A DNA stretch of 64,000 nt from Aeromonadaceae bacterium (GTDB lineage: Bacteria > Pseudomonadota > Gammaproteobacteria > Enterobacterales > Aeromonadaceae), in contig JAJOIN010000005.1 in the NCBI GenBank assembly GCA_021209335.1, positions 34-64,033 on the forward strand, read 5' to 3'. A model generated the notes under the pieces. That model saw only the letters and a list, made by a program, of their open reading frames with translations. It did no database searches and was not told the origin of the DNA. Position numbers and translations under genes: made by a program. Of this stretch, positions 51,151 to 61,480 are shown in pieces. Each line of letters opens with the position of its first letter. Position 1 is the first letter of the stretch.

Positions 51151-52719
51151 ATGGCCTTGGCCCATTATTCTGATTCTGCTCTGTCACTGCTGCCGCCCTT
51201 GTTGGCGGTGGTGCTGGCCATTACCACCCGACGCGTCTTGCTATCCCTGGGCATCGGTATCCTGGCCGGGGCCTTGCTGCTTAATCTGGGGGCGCCAGGG
51301 GCGACGGCCCATTATCTGGCTGAGAAGTTCACCAATATTGTCTGGAGTGAGGGCAGCTGGAATAGCTGGAATCTTAATATCATAGGTTTCTTGCTGCTGC
51401 TGGGCTGTTTAATCAGCCTGATGGCCATCTCCGGCGGTACCCGTGCCTTTGCTCTTTGGGCGCAGCGGCGGATCCAGACGCGTCGTCAGGCCAAGATGAT
51501 GACAGGGCTATTGGTCTTTTTATTTTTTATTGATGACTATTTTCACAGCCTGGCGGTGGGCACCATTTGCCGGCCGGTGACCGATCGTCACCGTATCTCT
51601 CGCGCCAAGCTGGCATATCTGCTGGATTCTACGGCGGCTCCTGTTTGTGTGTTGATGCCGGTTTCATCCTGGGGCGCCTATATCATCGCCATCATTGGCG
51701 GCATTCTGGCCGCGCACGGATTGACAGGCCACAGCCCATTGGCGACCTTCATGGCCATGGCGCCAATGAACCTGTATGCCGTCTTTACCCTGCTGATGGT
51801 GGCCTTGGTGGTACTGCGGGATCTGGATCTGGGCAGCATGGCGCGGCATGAGGCCGCTGCCGCCCAAGGCGAGCTATTTGACCCCGCCCGTGGCATACCG
51901 CCGGGGGCCTCTGCCGAACTGCCCGAGTCAGAACGGGGGCAGGTCAAGGATCTGGCCTGGCCGATCATTACCCTGGTGCTGGCTACCGTGTTTTTCATGA
52001 TCTACAGCGGTGCGAGCAAGCTGGCTGTGGAGGGGGCCGCCTTCTCGCTATTGAAGGCGCTGGAAAACACCGATGTCGGTTTGTCACTGGTGAAGGGGGG
52101 GGCGAGCGCCCTGCTGGTGGCTGGGGCGCTGGCGCTGCGTCTGCGACTGCCCCTCACGCATTGGGGGTTGGCGGTAAGACAGGGCCTGCTGGCCATGTGG
52201 CCTGCCATCCGCATCCTGGTGTTGGCCTGGGCCGTAGGGGCTGTGATCCGCGACATGGAGACCGGCAAGTTCCTGGCATCACTCACCCAATCCGGGCTCT
52301 CGGTGGGGCTGCTGCCGGCCATGCTGTTTGTGCTGGCCGGTATCATGGCCTTCTCCACAGGGACCAGTTGGGGCACCTTCGGGATCATGCTGCCGCTGGC
52401 CGGGGATCTGGCCATGGCCAGTGAGCCGGGCCTGCTCTTGCCCATGCTCTCGGCAGTCCTGGCGGGCTCGGTATTTGGCGATCATTGCTCTCCCATCTCC
52501 GACACCACCATTCTTTCCTCCACCGGTGCCGGCTGCCATCACATGGATCATGTGGTCACTCAGCTGCCTTATGCCCTGTTGATTGCTCTGGCCACCGTTT
52601 TGGGCTATCTGGCCCTGGGATTTAGCGGCTCGACGCTACTGGGCCTGACGGTGACGGGGCTGGTGTTGCTGCCGTGTCTGCTGTGGTGGCGCCGACGCGC
52701 TGTGCTGCAGCCGGCCTGA
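51151..52719 (+). CDS. NhaC-family transporter, predicted lysine transporter (LysW-like)
   Basis: SLLPPLLAVVLA, FIDDYFHSL, DSTAAP, FSTGTSWGTF and GDHCSPISDTT motifs; preceded by the lysine riboswitch. Confidence 0.88.
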   Translation: MALAHYSDSALSLLPPLLAVVLAITTRRVLLSLGIGILAGALLLNLGAPGATAHYLAEKFTNIVWSEGSWNSWNLNIIGFLLLLGCLISLMAISGGTRAFALWAQRRIQTRRQAKMMTGLLVFLFFIDDYFHSLAVGTICRPVTDRHRISRAKLAYLLDSTAAPVCVLMPVSSWGAYIIAIIGGILAAHGLTGHSPLATFMAMAPMNLYAVFTLLMVALVVLRDLDLGSMARHEAAAAQGELFDPARGIPPGASAELPESERGQVKDLAWPIITLVLATVFFMIYSGASKLAVEGAAFSLLKALENTDVGLSLVKGGASALLVAGALALRLRLPLTHWGLAVRQGLLAMWPAIRILVLAWAVGAVIRDMETGKFLASLTQSGLSVGLLPAMLFVLAGIMAFSTGTSWGTFGIMLPLAGDLAMASEPGLLLPMLSAVLAGSVFGDHCSPISDTTILSSTGAGCHHMDHVVTQLPYALLIALATVLGYLALGFSGSTLLGLTVTGLVLLPCLLWWRRRAVLQPA

Positions 52720-52736
52720 GGCCACTGTGCTTGAGT

Positions 52737-52767
52737 GGGCGCCCCGCTGACGGGCGCCCTGTTTTTT
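52737..52767 (+). terminator. Intrinsic terminator
   Basis: GGGCGCCC-N7-GGGCGCCC followed by TGTTTTTT. Confidence 0.7.
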
Positions 52768-52805
52768 GCCATCATGCGCCCCTGGCGTTCTCTTCAAGGA
52801 GCAAC

Positions 52806-53402
52806 ATGGCTTCCCTGCACTATAAATTTGCCGCCATGAATTCCGGCAAATCCACCCAGCTTATCCAGGCGCATTTTAACTATGTGGAGCGTGGCATGCG
52901 CCCTCTGGCCATGACGCCCGCCATCGATGATCGCTTTGGCGTCGGGGTGATCACGGCCCGGGTCGGGCTGGAGCTGAAAGTCCCTGTGTTTAGTGAGCAG
53001 AGCGATCTGTTTGCGCTGCTGGCTGAGACGGCGCCGCGACCGGACGTGTTTATCGTGGATGAGGCGCAGTTTCTGACTCGGGCCCAGGTCTACCAACTGG
53101 CGCGGATAGTCGATGCCTTGCGGATCCCGGTGATCGCCTATGGCCTGAAGACGGATTTTCGTGGCGAGCTGTTTGAGGGCTCGTATCACCTGCTGTGTCT
53201 GGCAGATAAGGTGGAGGAGCTAAAGAGTATCTGCTGGTGCGGCAACAAGGCGCACATGAACGCCAGGGTAGGCGAGGGAGGGCGCGTGGTACGGGAAGGT
53301 GCTCAGGTAGAAATCGGCGATGCCGATCGCTACGTCTCCTTGTGCCGCAAGCATTTTCTGGCCGGCCAGGCCTACCCTGAGCTTACTGCTCCGGCTGACT
53401 GA
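52806..53402 (+). CDS. tdk: Thymidine kinase
   Basis: AMNSGKST, VDEAQFL, YGLKTDF, ICWCG and YVSLCRKH motifs. Confidence 0.96.
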   Translation: MASLHYKFAAMNSGKSTQLIQAHFNYVERGMRPLAMTPAIDDRFGVGVITARVGLELKVPVFSEQSDLFALLAETAPRPDVFIVDEAQFLTRAQVYQLARIVDALRIPVIAYGLKTDFRGELFEGSYHLLCLADKVEELKSICWCGNKAHMNARVGEGGRVVREGAQVEIGDADRYVSLCRKHFLAGQAYPELTAPAD

Positions 53403-54600
53403 GCAGGTTGGCCCACTGGTTCGCCTCCAGGTAGAGGCGGGCCACCTCCGCTTCATTGAGCCCCATCTTCTCCGCCCGTTTGGCAATGCGCGGCCAGTTG
53501 GCCTCTTCATAATCCCGGATGAACGCCAGATAGAAGGCCAGCTCACCACGATTGTGTACCAGTGCCTGGACGATGGCCGCGGAGACAGGCACATCCTGCA
53601 GCAGGTGTTCGAACGATTGATCCAGCAGGGCCTCAAGTAACGAGAAGAGACCACACAAGAAGGCCTCGGAGGGATTGGTCCATTGCGGTCGGTGCAAGGA
53701 GAGCAGCTCGCAAAACCGGGCGCGTACCAGGCACATGTGATAGAGCTCGGGACTCTTGTGCTCGCCGACGCTGGTGGTGGTTACCAAGGAGACGAAACGG
53801 CGCAGCTCCCGGTTGCCGAGAAACACCGCCGCCTGGCGGAACGAGGTGATGGGTTTGCCGGCGCCATAGCGCATGTTATTGACGTAACGCAGCAGCTTGT
53901 AGGAGAGGCTGACATCGCTGCTCAACAGCCCCTCGATGCGGTCAAGATCGGGCTCCTCCTTGTTGACCTCCTTAAGCAGGCGCATCAGGGTCAGCTGACT
54001 GGCATTAAGGGTTTTTTGCTGCACTACCTCGGGGCGGCTGAAGAAGTAACCCTGAAAGAAGTGACAACCCATGGCCATGGCCGCCTCAAACTCCGCCAGA
54101 TCCTCCACCTTCTCTGCCAGATACTGCAGCTTGAGGTGGCGATGGCCATCGATAAAGCGGCGGATCTCCTCCTCTGAGCTGGTGCGCCAGTCGAACTTGA
54201 TGATGTCGATATAGGGCAGAAACGGCTGCCAGCGGGGGTCCAGGGTGAAGTCATCCAGGGCGATGCGATAACCCCGCTGCTTCATCTGTTGCACCTTGGC
54301 CAGCAGCCGGTCATTGGGGGTGGCGGTCTCGAGGATTTCGATCACCACCTTATCGGTGGGCAGACTATCGGCCAGACCTTGCAGCAGCAGGCTTTCGGGA
54401 AAGTTGATGAAGCAGGGGTGATTACCAATCAGATGCTCTATGGGCTGAGTGAGAAACTGTTCGGCGATCAGCTTGTTGGTGGCCTGCTCGGGACTGATGT
54501 TAGGGAAGACGTTTTCCAGCCCCTGACGAAACAGCAGCTCGTAGGCAACCGGCTGTTGCTGACGATTGAGAATGGGCTGACGGGCAACAAATGAATACAT
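53383..54600 (-). CDS. EAL-HDOD domain protein (CdgJ-like phosphodiesterase)
   Basis: FVARQPI, YELLFR, ALDDF, AEKVE and QGYFF, then HDOD motifs (SYKLLRYVN, GLFSLL). Confidence 0.9.
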   Translation of the reverse strand: MYSFVARQPILNRQQQPVAYELLFRQGLENVFPNISPEQATNKLIAEQFLTQPIEHLIGNHPCFINFPESLLLQGLADSLPTDKVVIEILETATPNDRLLAKVQQMKQRGYRIALDDFTLDPRWQPFLPYIDIIKFDWRTSSEEEIRRFIDGHRHLKLQYLAEKVEDLAEFEAAMAMGCHFFQGYFFSRPEVVQQKTLNASQLTLMRLLKEVNKEEPDLDRIEGLLSSDVSLSYKLLRYVNNMRYGAGKPITSFRQAAVFLGNRELRRFVSLVTTTSVGEHKSPELYHMCLVRARFCELLSLHRPQWTNPSEAFLCGLFSLLEALLDQSFEHLLQDVPVSAAIVQALVHNRGELAFYLAFIRDYEEANWPRIAKRAEKMGLNEAEVARLYLEANQWANLLSQPEQ

Positions 54601-54727
54601 AGGCAACCAGAATGCGAAATGACCCGCGCAGGAGCGGATCTGAGGAACTCTAGGCGGCAAGGTAACAGTGGTGGGGCGGGGCTGCAACTGTGCCGGCGGC
54701 AATTATTCGCGGCAGTCACAAATCTAT

Positions 54728-54763
54728 AAAAACAGACCACCGGCGAGAAAATGCCGGTGGTCT
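54728..54763 (-). terminator. fadL terminator
   Basis: AGACCACCGGC/GCCGGTGGTCT stem followed by GTTTTT on the minus strand. Confidence 0.75.
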
Positions 54764-54770
54764 TAAGGGC

Positions 54771-56027
54771 TTAGAAGCGGTAGTTCAGTTGCAGTGCGGC
54801 GAGCCAGGCGGAGGCGTCGGAGCGGTAGTGGATGTCTACACCACTGGTGAGACTTTCCTGCAACTGGGCGTCATCCCCCTGCAGGTAAGCGACACCCAGA
54901 TCCAGGCTCAAAGCCTCATTCATCTGGTAGCTAGCGCCCAGGCTATACCAGAGACGTTCGGTATCCGGAATGCTGATCACATGGTAGGCCGCCTGGCGAT
55001 CCTGTGCCAGGCCGGCGCGTAGCGTCCACTCGGGTGCCAGATACCAGCTGGCACCGATGGCATAGCGCCAGCTGTCCTTGAACTCCAGATCCTTCTGGAA
55101 GCAGTCACCGCCACATTGATCACTGGTGGCTCGCAGCTCCTTGAGCGCACTCCAGCCAGTCCACTGCACCGAATAGTGCAGTGCCCATTGCCGAGCCAGC
55201 TGGTGGTAGCCGGAGAATTCGGCGATGGCCGGCAGCTCCAGATCCAGCTTACCGGGTACTGTGTTGAAGCCGGTGGTGGTGCCTGAGTATTCGCCCTCAA
55301 GCTTGACGGTGGAGCCGGAGCGATAGCTGAGGCCAAAGCGGTTGGCTTCGTTGTATTCATACAGGACGCCGGCATTCCAGCCCCAGGCCCAGGTGTCGCC
55401 TTGCAGATCGACGATGGCGGTATCGCTGGAGAGGGCCGGATTGAGGGCGGCGAGGGCACCGGCGCGGCGTACCAGGCGGGCATCGGCGTAGATGGCACTG
55501 ATACCGGCGCCCAGGCTCCACTGCTCGTTGAGCCGGTAGGCCACATTCGGATTGATGTTGAGGGTGGTGAGCTCCGTCTTGCCCCCCAGGGCCCCTGCCA
55601 CATAGTTTTCATCGTATTCGGTGGAGAGGCCGAAATTGGAGAAGAGGCCCAGGCCGACCGCCCACTGTTCATTGAGGGGCTGGAGATAGTAGAAGGCCGG
55701 GATCATGGCACTGGGAGCCACATCCTGGGCATCCAGGCTGCTGGCACTGATGAGGCCGCCCAGGGCATCGTCTTCGCCCTGTAAGTTGATATTGGGGGCG
55801 ACATAGGTGGCGACCAGGCTCATTTCCGCACGCTTGAAGCGGGTCATGGCGGCCGGGTTACGGGCCAGCACGGCGGCATTGTCTGCGATGGCGGCTTCGC
55901 CTGCGAAGGCACGACCCAAGCCAGAGGCTGAGTGTTCGTTGAGGTTGAACGCAGCGGCCTGAGCGCCGCAGGCCAACAGGCTGGCAGAGACGGCGAGGGC
56001 AAGGGTCGCAAGCTTGGTCTTTTGCAT
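54771..56027 (-). CDS. fadL: Long-chain fatty acid outer-membrane transporter
   Basis: Signal peptide, AAFNLNEHSASGLGRAFAG, NPAAM, SIPD and C-terminal NYRF. Confidence 0.95.
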   Translation of the reverse strand: MQKTKLATLALAVSASLLACGAQAAAFNLNEHSASGLGRAFAGEAAIADNAAVLARNPAAMTRFKRAEMSLVATYVAPNINLQGEDDALGGLISASSLDAQDVAPSAMIPAFYYLQPLNEQWAVGLGLFSNFGLSTEYDENYVAGALGGKTELTTLNINPNVAYRLNEQWSLGAGISAIYADARLVRRAGALAALNPALSSDTAIVDLQGDTWAWGWNAGVLYEYNEANRFGLSYRSGSTVKLEGEYSGTTTGFNTVPGKLDLELPAIAEFSGYHQLARQWALHYSVQWTGWSALKELRATSDQCGGDCFQKDLEFKDSWRYAIGASWYLAPEWTLRAGLAQDRQAAYHVISIPDTERLWYSLGASYQMNEALSLDLGVAYLQGDDAQLQESLTSGVDIHYRSDASAWLAALQLNYRF

Positions 56028-56066
56028 GATGTTTTCACAACTTGATAGGCGTTAACAGGAGGCGCG

Positions 56067-56106
56067 ATTGTACGGGGGCCTCCGTCACCGGGAAATCAGA
56101 CCAGCG
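56067..56106 (-). promoter_or_regulatory. fadL promoter with FadR-type operator over the -35
   Basis: Minus strand CGCTGGTCTGATTTCCC (56106-56090) resembles the FadR consensus AACTGGTCnGACCAGTT; TACAAT at 56072-56067 lies 17 bp after TTTCCC. Confidence 0.65.
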
Positions 56107-56184
56107 GCCAAAAAAGCGACGATCTCGCCGCGAAACGGTAAAAATGTGAAGGAGATACTTGTATTTGGTGTTGAACGACTCCCG

Positions 56185-57750
56185 CTAGTCCAGCGCGCCC
56201 GGGTTGAGGCCGGATGCCGCAGGCTCGTGTGGTTGCCGCCAGGTCAGCAGGCGGCGCGTCAGGCCGGCGGGCCAGCGATACGCCACCGAATCCGGGGCAA
56301 AGCAGGCGGCCAGCAGGGGATCCAGCTCACTGGCCAGCGTCCGATAGCAGGGCATGGCTTCGACACAACTGGGTGGCGACACCGGCCATCGCCATCGCGC
56401 CCAGGTCAGCAGGCAGGCATGCAGCTGCCGGGCATCCGCCTGCTGGCCTGCACGGATCAGGCGCAGGCTGTGCCAGATGAGTGCCAGAGTGGGAGGTAGC
56501 GGCAAGGAGATAGGCTGGCGCCGCTGGCGGCGGTGCTGGCAGATCAGGAGCCACAGCAGCAAGGGCAGTCCCACCAGCCCCAGCCACCAGTCGCGCCAGG
56601 GGGCGCTGCTCTGGCGAGGGCTGGCCACTGCCGGGGCGGCAGGCGGCGCCGCCAGAGGCAGATCAATGGCTGGCAGGCGCGCTGTGGTCACCTCTTGGCG
56701 CACGGCATCCCACCAGGGGATTTCGATGGCCGGCAGCGCTATGACAGCGCCGCTGATCGGGATCAAGGCCTGCCGCAGGGTCTGGCGGATCTGCAGGCGA
56801 CCGTCTTGCAGCCGGATCTGCAGCTGGTTGCCATCTTCGTAGCTGCGCAGCCCCGGATGTTGCGGCAGGCTCAGGGTGGGAAGCCGGCGCGGATCTGCGT
56901 TCACCAGCTCCAGGGTCAGCTCCCGTATGATGGGGGCGCCCAGGCGATAAGGGCCCTGGGTGGGCTCCCAGCGCTGGGTCAAGCGCACCGCCTCAGCCAC
57001 CAGCTCAGGGGCGTCAGGCGGCAGGGCTGCCACCACAAGGGGGCTATTGGGGGCCTGCAGACGTAGGGGCCTCGCCCGCAACTGCAAACCCTGGGCATCT
57101 TCAAGCTCCTCGCCCTGGGCCTGGACGCCATACAGCTGCAGGGCGCCGGGCACCTCGGGTACCACCAGATAGCGCCGCAGCAGCCCCAGCACCCGCTGAC
57201 CCTGATGGAGTTCGCTGGTCTGTTCGTCTTCACCCAGTACAGAGATGCTGGCCCCCTCCAGGCTGGGGGCCGTGAGGCTGGCCATCTGTACCCCGGGGTG
57301 CATCCAGATCCTGGCCTCGTAGATAAGCGGCTGGCCGACCAGGGCCTGTTCGCGGCTGAGCTGCCCCTGCAACTGGGCCGCCTGACGGGCCAGATCCGGT
57401 GCCGCGGGGGCGGAGGGCGGCGCTATCTGCAGGGGTTGCTCGGCGGTGCTCTCCTCACCGACCCGCAGGGCCGGCAGGGGGATCCGGCCACTGAGCCGCG
57501 GCACCAGGGGGATGTGCCACTGAGTGATCTGCTGCCGGCTATCTTGCTGCCAACGCAGCTGGCCGATGATGAAGCTGGCAAACAGCGGTTTGATATCCAG
57601 CGCCTCGGCCGCCAGCAGGCCATCGGCGGTCACCGTCAGCTGCAGGCTCTGCGCCTGCTGGTAGGGCGGCGGTGATAGGCTCAGGCGCGGCGCGGCCTGC
57701 AGGGGCAGGCTCAGCATCAGCACCAGCACCAGGAGAAGACAGCGTGTCAC
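56185..57750 (-). CDS. BatD family protein
   Basis: Signal peptide, Ig-like repeats, GAPIIRELTL, LPAIEIPWWD and a late TM; last gene of the moxR operon. Confidence 0.75.
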   Translation of the reverse strand: MTRCLLLVLVLMLSLPLQAAPRLSLSPPPYQQAQSLQLTVTADGLLAAEALDIKPLFASFIIGQLRWQQDSRQQITQWHIPLVPRLSGRIPLPALRVGEESTAEQPLQIAPPSAPAAPDLARQAAQLQGQLSREQALVGQPLIYEARIWMHPGVQMASLTAPSLEGASISVLGEDEQTSELHQGQRVLGLLRRYLVVPEVPGALQLYGVQAQGEELEDAQGLQLRARPLRLQAPNSPLVVAALPPDAPELVAEAVRLTQRWEPTQGPYRLGAPIIRELTLELVNADPRRLPTLSLPQHPGLRSYEDGNQLQIRLQDGRLQIRQTLRQALIPISGAVIALPAIEIPWWDAVRQEVTTARLPAIDLPLAAPPAAPAVASPRQSSAPWRDWWLGLVGLPLLLWLLICQHRRQRRQPISLPLPPTLALIWHSLRLIRAGQQADARQLHACLLTWARWRWPVSPPSCVEAMPCYRTLASELDPLLAACFAPDSVAYRWPAGLTRRLLTWRQPHEPAASGLNPGALD

Positions 57751-59207
57751 CAGGGTTCCTCCTGCAGCCGGCTGGGGCGCTTGGCCGCCTGCAGGCGCAG
57801 GCGGTTTTTCATCAGGTTGCCGGGGGCTTCGGCCACCGCCTTGAGGGGATCTGCGTCGGTGGCCGCCTGGTCGGCTGGCTGGGGGCTCTGACGCTGGGCT
57901 TGCCCCTGGTTGGCCAGCCAGTTGGCCACCAGCTCACGATTGAAACGGGCATCGTAATGGTTGGCATCCAGGGCCAGGGCGGCATCGTACGCACGCAAGG
58001 CCTCCGGGTAGCGGCCCAGTTGTACCAGGGCGTTGCCACTGTTGTAGCGGGCCTGAGCCCCCTCCAGCAGGCCATAGGCCGCCAGGGCGGCCGGATAGTT
58101 GCCGGCCCGATAGAAGGCATTGCCGCGCCAGAGGGGATCGTCGAGTTGTGCTGCCGCCTCGGCGTAGCGCTGGGCCTGATAGAGGCGGATGCCATCTGCC
58201 GCCTGTGCCGGTGCAGGCAGCAGGGGGCCCAGCAAGGACAGCAGGCACAGCCACAGCAGGCCGCGGCGAAACAGCAAGGCCAGGGCGATCAGCGGCAGCA
58301 AGAGCCAGTAGCCCAGATCGACCTGCTGACGCCCCAAGGGTGCCCCCCGGCGCTGGCCGGCATCCGGCCGGATCAGGGTCGGCCATTGATCGGCGTCACC
58401 GTCGAGACGGTAGAGATGGCCGCCAACCCCGTCAGCCAGTCGTTGCAGCTGGATGTAATCCGTCTTGGCGATGACCAGTTGCCCCTGGCTATCCCGCAGC
58501 AGGCGGCCATCGTTTAAGGCGATGGCGGCACCCGGTGGTGTGCCGGCCACCAGCAGATCCAGCGGCCAGGGTTGCCCGGCCATGAGTTGCGTAATGGCCT
58601 GAGCCTGGGGCGCGGTCAGGTTGTCTGTGATGAGCAGCAGGCGGCCACGCAGGGTCTGGCTTTGCCTCAACTGGCGCAGGCCCAGGCGCACGGCCGCCAC
58701 CGGATCTGAACCGGCCTGGGGCATGACGCCAGGCTCCAGCTCCCGCAGCATGTGCTGTAAGGTGGCATGATCGTCAGTCACCGGGCTGATGACGAAGGCA
58801 TCGCCGGCAAAAGCGATGAGGCCGACCTTGGCGGTGGGGGCCAGCTCCAGCAACTCCAGCAGCTTGTAGCGGGTGCGGATCAGTCTGGAGGGCGGCAGAT
58901 CGTCGGCCAGCATGGAGTGGGAGACATCCAGCAGCCAATACCAGGACTGCTCCTGCTCATACAGGGCGTCCTCGGTCTGGATGGCCGGGCCGCTTAATGC
59001 CAGCAGCGCCAGCAGGGCGGCCAGCCAGGGCCAGCGATGGCGGCGGCGCAGGCGGGGCTGGGCCGCATCCGGGCTCAGGTAGGCCAGCAGGCTGGGGCGG
59101 ATCAGATCCTGGCGGCGGATGAGCAGGCGCCGGCGCTGCCAGTAGAGCAGTGCCAGGGGCAGGAGGGCCAACAGCCACCAGGGGCGTAACAACACCAGAT
59201 CACTCAT
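57747..59207 (-). CDS. VWA + TPR protein (BatB/BatC-like)
   Basis: LRPWWLL, MIDAS DVSHS, FAGDAF, SPVTDD and TPR segment (WRGNAFY, YNSGNAL). Confidence 0.85.
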   Translation of the reverse strand: MSDLVLLRPWWLLALLPLALLYWQRRRLLIRRQDLIRPSLLAYLSPDAAQPRLRRRHRWPWLAALLALLALSGPAIQTEDALYEQEQSWYWLLDVSHSMLADDLPPSRLIRTRYKLLELLELAPTAKVGLIAFAGDAFVISPVTDDHATLQHMLRELEPGVMPQAGSDPVAAVRLGLRQLRQSQTLRGRLLLITDNLTAPQAQAITQLMAGQPWPLDLLVAGTPPGAAIALNDGRLLRDSQGQLVIAKTDYIQLQRLADGVGGHLYRLDGDADQWPTLIRPDAGQRRGAPLGRQQVDLGYWLLLPLIALALLFRRGLLWLCLLSLLGPLLPAPAQAADGIRLYQAQRYAEAAAQLDDPLWRGNAFYRAGNYPAALAAYGLLEGAQARYNSGNALVQLGRYPEALRAYDAALALDANHYDARFNRELVANWLANQGQAQRQSPQPADQAATDADPLKAVAEAPGNLMKNRLRLQAAKRPSRLQEEPW

Positions 59208-60144
59208 ACAGGCGTCTCACCAGCAGTAGGAGGCACAAGGCCAGCGCCAGGCTCAGTGGCCAGGGGTAGAGCTCCTGGCGCGGCTGATAAAAGCGGGCGT
59301 TTCGTTCACTGGGCTCCAGCTCGTCGATGGCCTGGTAGATGTTGGCCAGGCTGTCGGGATCCCGGGCACGAAAGTAGTGCCCACCTGTGACGGCGGCGAT
59401 GCGGGTCAGGGTCTGTTCATCCAGATCGCTGTGGCTGCCGTCCGGATCTTCCGGATCTTCGGCCCCCAGCCCTATGGTATAGATACGCATCTGGGCATTG
59501 GCGGCCAGCCTGGCGGCGGTCAAGGGGGGCAGCGTCTCCACCGTATCCCGGCCGTCACTGAGCAGGATCAGCACCTTCTGCTGGGTTTGCTGCTGCTCCA
59601 GGCGTTTGAGGCTGAGGCCAATGGCTTCGCCGATGGCGGTGAGATGACCGGCCAGGCCGAAATCCAGTTCAGCGATGAATTGCGCCAAGGTGGCATGATC
59701 CGCCGACAGTGGCATCATCACATAGGCGTGATCGGCAAAGAGGATGAGTCCCAGCCGATCGCCCTGCCGGCGCTGGACAAACTGGGTCAGCTGCTGTTTG
59801 ACCACGCTCAGTCGATCCACCGGCGCCCCCTCGAGCACCATGTCCTGGGTGCGCATGCTGTCCGAGAGATCCACCGCCAGCATGAGGTCACGTTGGGCTT
59901 GTTCCAGGGCCAGCGGCTCGCCGAGCCACTGCGGCCGCGCCAGGGCCAGGCACAGACATGCCCAGGCCAGCAGCAGCAGCAGGGGTTGCCAGCGCTGTGT
60001 CGCCAGTGGCCGTTCGCTGACATAGGGCAGGGTGGGGATCACCAGGGGTTCCCCCAGCAAGGAGGGGACGGCCCGCAGGTGGCGGCGAACCAGCAGGGGC
60101 AACAGCAGCAACAGCAGCAGCCAGGGCCAGGCCAGGATCAGCAT
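59200..60144 (-). CDS. VWA domain protein (BatA-like)
   Basis: LARPQW, MIDAS DLSDS, GDRLGLILFAD, TAIGEA, LLSDG and TGGHYFRA motifs. Confidence 0.88.
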   Translation of the reverse strand: MLILAWPWLLLLLLLPLLVRRHLRAVPSLLGEPLVIPTLPYVSERPLATQRWQPLLLLLAWACLCLALARPQWLGEPLALEQAQRDLMLAVDLSDSMRTQDMVLEGAPVDRLSVVKQQLTQFVQRRQGDRLGLILFADHAYVMMPLSADHATLAQFIAELDFGLAGHLTAIGEAIGLSLKRLEQQQTQQKVLILLSDGRDTVETLPPLTAARLAANAQMRIYTIGLGAEDPEDPDGSHSDLDEQTLTRIAAVTGGHYFRARDPDSLANIYQAIDELEPSERNARFYQPRQELYPWPLSLALALCLLLLVRRLYE

Positions 60145-60596
60145 GGGGTCTGTCTCCGCAGCGCCAGCAGCAGGCGATGGCATTGCGCCAGCAAGGCGGC
60201 AGCCTCTTGCGTGCCCAGGGGACGCTGACCATACAACCAGGCCTCCCAGTGCCGGCCAAACTGGCTAAAACGGGTCTGGCCCAGCCGATCCAGGTACAGC
60301 AGCCAGGCCTGCCCCGTGAGTGCTGCTATCTCCTGCCTGGGCTGGTAGCTGAGCAGCAGGGACTTGAGAAACTGGTTGATGGCCAGGGCGTTGGGCGGAT
60401 CACTGCGCTGCAGGCGGCGCCAGCGCAGGTAGTGTCGCCACCAGATCCGCTGGCGATACAAGCTCAGCGCCAACCAGAGCAGTCCGCCGGCGAGCCCCAG
60501 GGCGGCCAGCAGCCACAGCGCCGTGTCGAGCGGGCCCGCACCAGGCAGCGGGGCTTCGTGGATGTCTCTGAGTTGTTGCAGGGGAAAGCCCATCAT
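60138..60596 (-). CDS. DUF4381 family protein
   Basis: LQQLRDIH, one TM segment, ALTGQAWLLYLD; position within the operon. Confidence 0.75.
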   Translation of the reverse strand: MMGFPLQQLRDIHEAPLPGAGPLDTALWLLAALGLAGGLLWLALSLYRQRIWWRHYLRWRRLQRSDPPNALAINQFLKSLLLSYQPRQEIAALTGQAWLLYLDRLGQTRFSQFGRHWEAWLYGQRPLGTQEAAALLAQCHRLLLALRRQTPC

Positions 60597-61480
60597 AACC
60601 CTCGCAGCTGAGTGGAGAGCGGAACACTGGCATCGAGTTCAAACAGCTGGTTACAACTGCTGCGTAGCTGCAGGCGCAGCTGCTGCTGACGAAAGTGGCC
60701 CACCTGCTGGTAGTGGCGGACAAACTGGGGATCGTTGGCATGGATCACCCCCTGCTGGCGCAGGTTGTCCACCGCCAGATGGCCCTGGCCTTGCAGTTGC
60801 AGCTCCAGTTGATCCCGTACCTGCCAGCAGCGGACCTCATGCTGACGGCTCAGGCGTCGCAACCAGTGCCAGCCCTCGTTAGCCAGCCGGTAGAAGTCGC
60901 TGATCACCTGGATCTGGCTGCCGGGGCGGACCAGCAGGTTCATCTGCGCCAGGCCCTGATCCAAGGGGGTGGCCAGCGCCGGACGCGCCAAGCCGCGCTG
61001 ATAGGCGTTAAGCAGTTGGCTGAGCAGCAAGAGCACGTCCTTGCGGTTGCCGCCAGGGGCCAGACGAAGACGGGATTGCTCCACCAGCAGCAGACCACCA
61101 ATCTTGTCGCCATGCCGTTGGGCCTGCCAGGCCAGGGCGGCGGCCAGTTCACAGGCCATCCGGGCCTTGAGTTGACCCCGTGAGCCGAAATACATCTCAG
61201 GCGACAGATCCAGCAGCAGGTAGACGGCCCTGTCGCGCTCCTCGCGAAACAGCTTGGTGTGGGTGCGGCCGGTACGGGCGGTGATCCGCCAGTCGATGGT
61301 GCGCACATCATCGCCCTGTTGATAGGGGCGCACCTCGGCAAACTCCATGCCGCGCCCCTTGCCGCGGGATCTGTGCAGCCCCTGCCGCAAGCCACCGCCA
61401 AAGCGGGCCGAGAGGATGCCGCCCAAGCGGTGGCACTGCAGCAACTGATCCAGGCTCAGCTGGATGCCATCATCGCTCAT
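60593..61480 (-). CDS. DUF58 family protein
   Basis: GRGMEFAEVRPYQQGDDVRTIDWRITAR, EERDR and ISDF motifs. Confidence 0.9.
   Translation of the reverse strand: MSDDGIQLSLDQLLQCHRLGGILSARFGGGLRQGLHRSRGKGRGMEFAEVRPYQQGDDVRTIDWRITARTGRTHTKLFREERDRAVYLLLDLSPEMYFGSRGQLKARMACELAAALAWQAQRHGDKIGGLLLVEQSRLRLAPGGNRKDVLLLLSQLLNAYQRGLARPALATPLDQGLAQMNLLVRPGSQIQVISDFYRLANEGWHWLRRLSRQHEVRCWQVRDQLELQLQGQGHLAVDNLRQQGVIHANDPQFVRHYQQVGHFRQQQLRLQLRSSCNQLFELDASVPLSTQLRGL

Noticed and set aside
56110-56165. Possible CRP sites upstream of fadL
   Set aside because: GCGA-N5-TCGC has the wrong spacing, and TGTGA at about 56145 lacks its second half-site.
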